A DNA stretch of 24,740 nucleotides from contig CAWAPJ010000002.1 in NCBI GenBank assembly GCA_963783885.1, positions 122,050-146,789 of the forward strand, given 5' to 3'. Positions 17,690-24,740 of this stretch are shown one piece after another. How positions within the stretch are numbered: the stretch's first letter is position 1; every line of letters begins with the position of its first letter. The translations under genes and the position numbers were made by a program. Source of the DNA: Waddliaceae bacterium (GTDB lineage Bacteria; Chlamydiota; Chlamydiia; Chlamydiales; SLFE01). The notes under the pieces are model-generated. The model was not told the DNA's origin and searched no databases. It saw nothing but the letters and a program-made list of their open reading frames with translations.

Positions 17690-20600
17690 ATGAGTAGAAG
17701 AAAGCGCCGTCACTCTCCCCGCCGCCTGCCGGTTATGGATATTCCAAGCAAAGCCAATAGGATCTTGAACATCGTTTTGATCGGGATGGTCCTGATACTG
17801 GTTCGTGTTTGGCACCTTGCAGTTATCCAATACGACGACAAAGCCGAGGAGGCGGCAAGGCCCCGCAAAAGGGTGGTCATCGTTCCGGCAAAGCGGGCGA
17901 CGATCCGCGACAGGTTCAACATTCCCCTTGCAGTGAATAAAGTCAAATACGAGGCTGCTGTCTATTATTCGCAGATCAAAGAGATTCCTTCGGTTAAGTG
18001 GGAGACCCTAGGCGGCGGAAAGAAGGTAAAGAAATTTAAACGGCGAGAATACATTGAAGAGCTTTCCGAGCTTTTAGGAACCGAATTGGGAATGGATCCC
18101 GAGCGGATCGAGGATCTGATCCATTCCAAGGCGGTTTTTTTCCACAATATCCCTTTTGTTTTGAAAGAAGATATTCCGGAGGCCACTTATTACCGGCTGA
18201 AAATGCTGGAAAAGGACTGGCCGGGAATTTGCGCGAGGCGGGTGCCCAAAAGAGAGTACCCCTTTGGTCCTGTCGCCTCGGATATCATCGGTTATATGGG
18301 ATCCATCAACCGGTCGGAATATGAGGCGATTATCGGAGAAATCAACAGCCTGCGGACAGCTCTCGAAGAATATGACGAGGGGGGAGAGCCAAAGTGGCCG
18401 GAAGGTTTTGAAACAGTTCAGCAAGTGAAGAATCGCCTGAGGAATCTGGAAGAGCATGCCTATTCCATCAACGATTATGTGGGCAAAAGCGGAATTGAAG
18501 GGAAGTGCGAAGACAACTTAAGGGGCTATTGGGGAAAAAAAGTCTTCTATTCGGATGCCAAAGGGCATTTTTTGCACGAGCTTCCAGGAGCGAGGCCTCC
18601 AAGGGCGGGCAACAGGCTTTTGCTGACCATTTCGGTGGAGCTTCAGGAGTATGCGGAAGAGCTTTTGATCAGAAATGAAAATATCCGAGGAGGTCCGTCG
18701 GATGAAGAGGTATCATTTCCCTGGATTCGGGGCGGAGCGGTTATCGCCATGGATCCCAAAAATGGCGAAGTTCTGGCGCTTGCCGGGTACCCCAGATTCG
18801 ATCCCAATGACTTTATCGCTTCGGGAAATTCCTCTTTGGATCTTAAGAAGCAAAAAAATATCGTCAAATGGTTTGAAGAAGACAATTATATCGGGCGTAT
18901 TTGGGATCAGCTTGTCCCCTTGGAAAAAGAGGAGTACGATTCCGAGACAGAGTCGATCGGAAAAAAATCTCTCTATCTCACATGGGAGGGCTATCTTGAT
19001 TTTATCCTTCCCGAAAAACATGAAGTGCGAGACTCCTTAAGAGCTGTGGGGAATCTTAGCGGAGCGGTTGAGCTTCAAAGAAATGTCGAGTCTATGCTCC
19101 GTCTGAGCGGACAGGAAAATCTTTATGCTGTTTTTGATGTCGTCTACAGGGATGTCAAGACAACTCCTTACAAAAAAGATTGGGATGAGGAATTTATCGC
19201 CACAGTCAAGGAGGCTGTGGATAGCCATCCTGCGGAATTTTTTGCCCTGAAAAGAAAACTCGAGCCCTACTTCGATACTGTCAAAGACAACTATAATAAA
19301 GTCTTTGTGGTCGATCTTTGCAGAATTTTGGTTCAGCACGAGTTCTTTTCTCCCTCGCTTCTCGATGTTGTCGGCAGGCAGTCATTTGCCGAATATCGCA
19401 GCCTGTCTTCGGCATACTCGGCTCTTTTTCGCGAAGTTAAGGAAATGGTCAGCATACTCTATCATGAGCATCATTTCAAACCGTGGAGATCCGAGCATCA
19501 AAAGGAGTTTCTCAGGCAAAAGAGAGAAGATGAGGTAGTAAGAGGAGTTTATGCCAAACCCTATCTCGATTATCTCGATCAGGTGGAGAGGGAGCATTTC
19601 ACCTCTTTTTGGGAAAGAAACCGCTTTGACATTCTTCACTGCTTCCTCACGGGAAGAGGGCTATCTTCTTCTCTGGAACTTAAGCCCTACAGGGATTACT
19701 TTTTGTCATGGCACAAGGAGATTACTCAAGGAGCTCATCAAGGGCTTCCCTGGTTTGGGCATTACTGCAAACTTGGGCGGCAATTGTCGGAAATGGAAGA
19801 GGCGCTTGCGAATCGCTACCTCAGGTCTATGCGGTCTTTCGATGAGCTCGACCGCCCTCTTTTGGGAAAGTATCGCAATTTACGCCGTAAAAATTACCGC
19901 TGCCTGGAAAAACACCTTGCCTCGGCCTTTTATCCGCGCTACGGCTATGGCTTCGCCCGGTCTCATGCTTACCGCCAGGCATCGATCCAGGGGTCGATTT
20001 TCAAGCTGGTGACCGCTTATGAAGCTCTTGTGCAGCGCTATTACAAGGGAGTTGGTCTTCATCGCATGAATCCCCTTGAAATAGTAGACAAAGTTGAAAA
20101 GGCCGGAAACATTTGGAAGATCGGATATTTTGCCGACGGCAGACCGATTCCTCGAGTCTATAAGGGAGGCAGAATGCCGAAAAGCCTTTCGAGGAATATC
20201 GGAAAAGCCGATCTTGTCACAGCTATCGAGCGCTCGTCCAATCCCTATTTTGCCTTGCTCGCCGGCGATTGCTTGGAATCTCCGGAAGATTTGTGCTCGG
20301 CGGCTAGGCTTTTCGGATATGGGAAGAGGACCGGGATCGATCTTCCAGGTGAAATCGCCGGAAAAGTTCCCGATGATTTGGATGTGGATCGAACAAATCT
20401 TTACGCAACAGCTATTGGGCAGGGGTCTTTGGTTGTGACTCCCCTGCAGACCTCCATAATGCTCTCCACATTTGCCAATGGCGGGGATGTGTTGAAACCA
20501 AAAATCATCAAATTGAGTGTTGGAGGAAGGGCTCAAGCGGATAAGCAGCAGTTCGAGTATCAGGAAAGCCTCTCTTATATCGGCGTTGATTTTCCTCTTT

Positions 20601-21043
20601 TCTCTTTGGAATCGGAGCTAAAGCGGGAAAGCGCGGTATTCGAAGTTCCCGTAGTGGTGGAAAGACAGATTGATATGCCTGAACCGTTAAGGGAAATGAT
20701 TTTTCAGGGGATGCGTCGCGTGGTGCAGGGGGCGGCCCCGAGTGGATTGGCCTATCTTTATGAAAGCGACCGGGAAGCCATTGATGCTTATAAAAGGATG
20801 AGGCCGTTTATGATCGGCAAGACAAGTTCATCCGAATCTATGGAGCAAATCAACTTGAGCAGAAAAGACGGAGTAAAAAAAACGACACATGGTTGGTTTG
20901 GCTGTGTTGCCTTGGATGAAAATGACCAGCCGGAGCTTGTCGTTGTCACATACCTTCGCTTTGCGGGAAGAGGAAAGGATGCCATTCCCCTGTCCGCTCA
21001 AATCATCGACAAATGGCGTCAGATCAAAAAAAACAAATCATAA
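17690..21043 (+). CDS. mrdA: Penicillin-binding protein 2 (class B), chlamydial long form
   Basis: N-terminal TM helix, AKRATIRDR, REYPFG, VGKSGIE and AMDPKNGEVLA. Transpeptidase motifs SIFK (SxxK), SSN (SxN) and GKTS. A large insertion lies between the AMDP segment and SxxK. Confidence 0.9.
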   Translation: MSRRKRRHSPRRLPVMDIPSKANRILNIVLIGMVLILVRVWHLAVIQYDDKAEEAARPRKRVVIVPAKRATIRDRFNIPLAVNKVKYEAAVYYSQIKEIPSVKWETLGGGKKVKKFKRREYIEELSELLGTELGMDPERIEDLIHSKAVFFHNIPFVLKEDIPEATYYRLKMLEKDWPGICARRVPKREYPFGPVASDIIGYMGSINRSEYEAIIGEINSLRTALEEYDEGGEPKWPEGFETVQQVKNRLRNLEEHAYSINDYVGKSGIEGKCEDNLRGYWGKKVFYSDAKGHFLHELPGARPPRAGNRLLLTISVELQEYAEELLIRNENIRGGPSDEEVSFPWIRGGAVIAMDPKNGEVLALAGYPRFDPNDFIASGNSSLDLKKQKNIVKWFEEDNYIGRIWDQLVPLEKEEYDSETESIGKKSLYLTWEGYLDFILPEKHEVRDSLRAVGNLSGAVELQRNVESMLRLSGQENLYAVFDVVYRDVKTTPYKKDWDEEFIATVKEAVDSHPAEFFALKRKLEPYFDTVKDNYNKVFVVDLCRILVQHEFFSPSLLDVVGRQSFAEYRSLSSAYSALFREVKEMVSILYHEHHFKPWRSEHQKEFLRQKREDEVVRGVYAKPYLDYLDQVEREHFTSFWERNRFDILHCFLTGRGLSSSLELKPYRDYFLSWHKEITQGAHQGLPWFGHYCKLGRQLSEMEEALANRYLRSMRSFDELDRPLLGKYRNLRRKNYRCLEKHLASAFYPRYGYGFARSHAYRQASIQGSIFKLVTAYEALVQRYYKGVGLHRMNPLEIVDKVEKAGNIWKIGYFADGRPIPRVYKGGRMPKSLSRNIGKADLVTAIERSSNPYFALLAGDCLESPEDLCSAARLFGYGKRTGIDLPGEIAGKVPDDLDVDRTNLYATAIGQGSLVVTPLQTSIMLSTFANGGDVLKPKIIKLSVGGRAQADKQQFEYQESLSYIGVDFPLFSLESELKRESAVFEVPVVVERQIDMPEPLREMIFQGMRRVVQGAAPSGLAYLYESDREAIDAYKRMRPFMIGKTSSSESMEQINLSRKDGVKKTTHGWFGCVALDENDQPELVVVTYLRFAGRGKDAIPLSAQIIDKWRQIKKNKS

Positions 21044-21176
21044 GCTCTCTATAATCAATATGATGTGCCTGTTTAAGAGGAATATTCCCATTTAAGTTAT
21101 AATGGGGATGTGAAGGCATTCTCAAGACTCCCATGAAATTCACGCCACCCCCTCACATTGACAAGGAGGTGTACTT

Positions 21177-22622
21177 ATGTCTTACCCCTTATCCTTTGAA
21201 TTTAAGCAAAAGCAGACGCAAAACTTAAAACAAAATCAACTGCTGATGATGATGCCTAAGATGCAGCAGGCAATCTCGCTTTTGCAGGCTCCTGTTTTGG
21301 AAATTTCCCAAATTATCGACGCTGAGATGGAAAAAAATCCCATGCTTGAAATGATTGAAGAGTATGGCGAAGAAACGAACAAAGAGGATGGCGACCCTAA
21401 AGAAGTGGAAGTCGATCATAATGATTTTGAAATTATGCAAAAACTCGATGATGAATATCGGGACTTTTTCGATCAAAGCGGCAGCTATCAGTCAAAATCT
21501 AGAAAGGAAGAACAAAAAAAGTTGTTTTTAGAGCACTCCATTATCGCCCCTGAAACCCTTTATGGTCATCTCATGAACCAGTCCCGGGAAACTTTCGAAA
21601 CAGAAAAAGAGTTGCAACTGGCTGAGTTGATCATAGGAAGCCTTGACCACCGAGGATTTTTGGTTACCGACATAGAAGAAATTGCCGCAATGGGAAACGT
21701 GGCGCCTTATGAAGTAGAAGATCTCCTCAAAGAGATTCAGACATTTGAACCCTTCGGTATCGGAGCTCGTTCAACGAAAGAGTGCCTTCTCATTCAGTTA
21801 AGAAATGGAGGGAAAAAAGCCTCCCTTGCTTATAAGATCATTGAGAAGTATTATGACGAACTCCTCCATAATAAAATTCCATACATTCAAAAAAAATTAA
21901 ATATTACCTATGAACAAATTTGCCAGATCATGGAAGAAGACATCGTGCGCCTTGACTTGCAGCCCGGCTCTTGGTTTTCTACGACTAATGAGAGCGTCAT
22001 AGTTCCCGATGCAAGAATACGCGAGGAGGAAGGAGAGCTTGTGCTCGATATTAATGACGATGTCATCCCTCCTTTGAGAGTAAATCGAAAGTATTTGAGA
22101 ATGCTAAGCCAACAAGATCTCGATCTTTCGACGAAAGAGTTTATCCATCAGCATTTGATTTCAGCCAAATGGCTGATGAAAAATATTCATCAAAGAAACG
22201 AAACTCTATCGCGCATTCTTCGTTTTATCATGAAAAGCCAAAAACAGTTTTTTATCGACCCTAAAGGGGAGCTTGTCCCTATGACAATGAAAGATATTGC
22301 CGAAGAGCTTGGCTTGCATGATTCGACGGTGGCCAGGGGCGTTGCGAATAAATATATCGATACGCCGCGGGGAGTTGTACCGCTTAGGTCATTGTTTTCA
22401 TTTTCTTATCAGAAACAAGACGGCTCCGAGCTGTCGGCTCAGACCGTACGGGAAAAAATGCAGAAATTGATTGATCAGGAAGACAAAAAGAAACCGCTAA
22501 CCGATGAGAGGATCTCTCAGGATCTGAAAGTTCTGGGCATTGAATGCGCGAGGAGGACTGTTGCCAAATATCGAAAAGATCTGAAATTAGGCAATGCTCA
22601 GCAAAGGCGGAAGTACGGATAA
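21177..22622 (+). CDS. rpoN: RNA polymerase sigma-54 factor
   Basis: Q/L-rich region I, GIGAR..ECLLIQL, HTH DIAEELGLHDSTVAR and RpoN box ARRTVAKYR. AGGAGG RBS. Confidence 0.97.
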   Translation: MSYPLSFEFKQKQTQNLKQNQLLMMMPKMQQAISLLQAPVLEISQIIDAEMEKNPMLEMIEEYGEETNKEDGDPKEVEVDHNDFEIMQKLDDEYRDFFDQSGSYQSKSRKEEQKKLFLEHSIIAPETLYGHLMNQSRETFETEKELQLAELIIGSLDHRGFLVTDIEEIAAMGNVAPYEVEDLLKEIQTFEPFGIGARSTKECLLIQLRNGGKKASLAYKIIEKYYDELLHNKIPYIQKKLNITYEQICQIMEEDIVRLDLQPGSWFSTTNESVIVPDARIREEEGELVLDINDDVIPPLRVNRKYLRMLSQQDLDLSTKEFIHQHLISAKWLMKNIHQRNETLSRILRFIMKSQKQFFIDPKGELVPMTMKDIAEELGLHDSTVARGVANKYIDTPRGVVPLRSLFSFSYQKQDGSELSAQTVREKMQKLIDQEDKKKPLTDERISQDLKVLGIECARRTVAKYRKDLKLGNAQQRRKYG

Positions 22623-23467
22623 ATTTGCTTCCATCTAAGTTCTTCGCCTTGCTTTTTTTCTGCGAAAGCGGCGATCTCCTCTGCAGGCATTTTGGAAAAC
22701 CTGGCAATCTCCTCATCCGTTAATCGGTAAATGACCGCATTTGGCTGGCGGGTTTTTCCCAAATTCTGCAAGCACCTTTCAAAGGTCTTTCGGCTTCTCC
22801 AAAGCCTGAGTAAAGCGTAGGCAATCATTCCAAGAGGAATGAGCCACAAAAGAGGCATTAAGAAATGGCCAAACCCCGAGGCGGCGGCCATGATATCGAC
22901 AGCAGCAATCATAAACACAGTGAGTAGAAAAATCATCGCTTCGATTGAGGAGCGGACGAGGGAGCTGAAAGTTTTTTGGAACCCCGAAGAGGCTGTCCGG
23001 TAGGCCAGCATTTCTTCAAACTCGGGCTCGTCGAACATCATCCTTCCCACATGGCAAAGCTCGTGTCCCACAAGTTCCTTTCGTTTGTAGATTCCCAAAT
23101 AGGACGTTTTGCGATGAAGGGCTTTCCGAAGTTGGAGAAAGGCGCCCATCGGTGTGTCGTCGTCTTTTTGGAAAATCCAGGCGCAACCCCCATGCCAGGG
23201 AGCGAGCTGATAATTGCTGAAAAAGCAGGGAACCCAGCCGGGGTTGATATCGTAGAGTTTCTTGGTGAGTTCAAAAGATTCCTCCAGGGCAGAACGAGAG
23301 AGATCAGTGTCTTCTGCGGCAAAAGGGACCTCTTTTGTAAACTCTTTGGGCAGGGTCTGCTTCAGCGAAAGGCAGTAATCGACTCGCTTTTGAAACTCCT
23401 CGGCAGACTCGCCGGGCCCGGCAATCAACCCCATCCGGTTTAATCGGCTCAACTCTTCTTCCAGCAT
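22598..23467 (-). CDS. Hypothetical membrane protein with an HExxH motif (putative metallopeptidase)
   Basis: GHELCHVGR followed by FEEMLAY. Two hydrophobic segments near the C-terminus. ATG 23467 is preferred, but the start is uncertain. Confidence 0.7.
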   Translation of the reverse strand: MLEEELSRLNRMGLIAGPGESAEEFQKRVDYCLSLKQTLPKEFTKEVPFAAEDTDLSRSALEESFELTKKLYDINPGWVPCFFSNYQLAPWHGGCAWIFQKDDDTPMGAFLQLRKALHRKTSYLGIYKRKELVGHELCHVGRMMFDEPEFEEMLAYRTASSGFQKTFSSLVRSSIEAMIFLLTVFMIAAVDIMAAASGFGHFLMPLLWLIPLGMIAYALLRLWRSRKTFERCLQNLGKTRQPNAVIYRLTDEEIARFSKMPAEEIAAFAEKKQGEELRWKQIYPYFRLC

Positions 23468-23627
23468 GCTGACCAGAATAGCCTTAATACACACTGAAGA
23501 ATCAACATTTTTCCTTCCGAGTGAGTTGCACAACTCACGCAGACCATTTTTTGCAAGTGTCTTTAAAGCAAGTGATATATTTTGATTCCTTACTTGATTC
23601 TAAGACCCTGATTGCTACCTAAACCTT

Positions 23628-23737
23628 AGCTAGAGCTTACACGAGTGCGCCAGATACAACTGTAGCGTCGACGGCAAGGGTAATCCCTTGCCGAGGCGCT
23701 ACAGGCAGTAGATGGTGTGCTCGTGTAAGCTCTAGCT
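23628..23737 (+). repeat. 110-nt subterminal hairpin of the IS, at the transposase 3' end
   Basis: Perfect 18-bp inverted repeat AGCTAGAGCTTACACGAG (23628-23645 / 23720-23737), inner stems, and apex CGGCAAGGG-TAAT-CCCTTGCCG (23672-23693). Confidence 0.9.
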
Positions 23738-24571
23738 GAGCTCCCCTTTGCATAAAAACGAAACACTATAGGCAAGAATTGCACAGAATACTTTTATCAA
23801 AAAGCCTTGTTCAGTGCAGAACTTAAAAGTTCTTTAGAAAAGGTTTGTTATGCAGCTAAATGTCGTCTCGACAATCTGTCGCTTGCTGCTAATTTCCCTC
23901 TCTTCAATTGGTGTTCGGACTCTATTCTTTGCTTTACATCCCCGTTTTGCAAGCAATGTAATTTGTTCTTCTTTCAAGATGTCTTCTAAATCAAAGCAAT
24001 TATACGCACCATCTGCATAAAGTTTAGAATCTGGTGGAATGTCCAGTTTCATTTCCCAGAGCACCTTTACATCGCTTACTGCTCCTGGCTTGAAAAGAAC
24101 TTCAACCGGCTTGCCTTCGCTCGTCACAATCATATGAACTTTTATGCCGCAAAAGTAACGCTTTTTAGAAGCTGCGAAACCTAAATACCTTCGTTCTAGA
24201 AAAACCTTCCGTTTATCGATTCTATTTTTCTGACAACATGAAACTGGAAAGCTGTCTATAGCAAAACCCTGATCTTTATTTATTTGCTTAAAAAATAGAG
24301 CTAAAAAACGGAAAATGGCGTTCCAACAAATCCAAGGAATTTTATGAATTCGGCGATTTAGCCGGCTATTGCTTAAAATAGCTCTGAATAATCGTAATCT
24401 TTTACATAAATATCTGGACATTTTATAGTTACAAGAAAAATATTTTGCTGATAAAATAGCAAAAGTTATCACTTCTGCGTTGGACATTTGAGATTGAGGA
24501 TCGTCTTTAATCCCCAAAATTCGAAGGATTTCTTCGCTGATGACATAAACTGTTGTTGCGTAAGTTTCCAT
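23732..24571 (-). pseudogene. IS982-family DDE transposase with an in-frame TAA at codon 246
   Basis: MSNAEVIT, SRLNRR, AIDSFP, YFCGIKVH, YADGAY and RQIVETTFS. After TAA (23834-23836) the same frame continues RTFKFCTEQGFLIKVFCAILAYS..., an IS982-like C-terminus, to TAG at 23732-23734. Confidence 0.85.
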
Positions 24572-24612
24572 GATGCCCCCTTTTTTTGGCTAAGGAAGTA
24601 TCATAGAGACTA

Positions 24613-24729
24613 TTGTCGTTAAAATCTTTCATTGAATTCATCTGCTAAGCCTCGATTATCGGCAAGGGATTACCCTTGCCTTCAAATCGAGTCTACGCAT
24701 CTGAATCCAACGAAAGACTTTAACAACAA
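24613..24729 (-). repeat. 117-nt subterminal hairpin of the IS, in the transposase 5' leader
   Basis: 33-bp arms (24613-24645 / 24697-24729) with 6 mismatches, inner stem CTCGATT/AATCGAG, and apex GGCAAGGG-TAAT-CCCTTGCC on the minus strand. Confidence 0.88.
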
Positions 24730-24740
24730 GTTTAGGTAGC

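Larger units (their letters stand above)
23605..24740 (-). mobile_element. IS982-family insertion sequence (upstream end cut by the window edge)
   Basis: One terminus reads ACCCTGATTGCTACCTAAAC (23605-23624), an ACCC start typical of IS982. GTTTAGGTAGC at 24730-24740 is the exact reverse complement of 23614-23624. A DDE transposase lies between them. Confidence 0.85.

Noticed and set aside
23590-23604. Target-site duplication of the IS982 element
   Set aside because: The other flank lies beyond the window, so it cannot be assessed.

Overview
Bacterial chromosomal window, most likely from an environmental member of the Chlamydiae. This is inferred from the pseudouridine synthase/gpmA/nifS-like/nifU-like block, the ~1100-aa insertion-bearing PBP2, rpoN and eukaryote-like effector-type genes. 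Left to right: (i) a cluster of putative exported methyltransferases and glycosyltransferases (GT47/exostosin-like, CAP59-like), one gene carrying an in-frame palindromic element and one frameshifted; (ii) a hypothetical gene, a pseudouridine synthase, gpmA, and a NifS/NifU-like pair that have both lost catalytic or cluster-ligand residues; (iii) an AT-rich islet with an F-box protein and a Ser/Thr kinase whose lysine arrangement resembles WNK kinases; (iv) an intergenic CAGGAT-based palindrome; (v) a translationally coupled six-gene acyl-CoA operon (ACAD, carboxyltransferase, AtuA, AtuA-C-like, crotonase, MBL hydrolase) with no biotin carboxylase; (vi) pbp2, rpoN and an HExxH membrane protein; (vii) an IS982-family element with an internal stop in its transposase. 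The most striking unexplained signal is in the IS982 element. Both ends carry a ~110-nt hairpin at nearly identical distances from the terminal inverted repeats. The two hairpins share a 24/25-nt core and tandem GA/GA loops but have different, self-complementary stem sequences. All family assignments come from motif recognition by eye; no database search was run.
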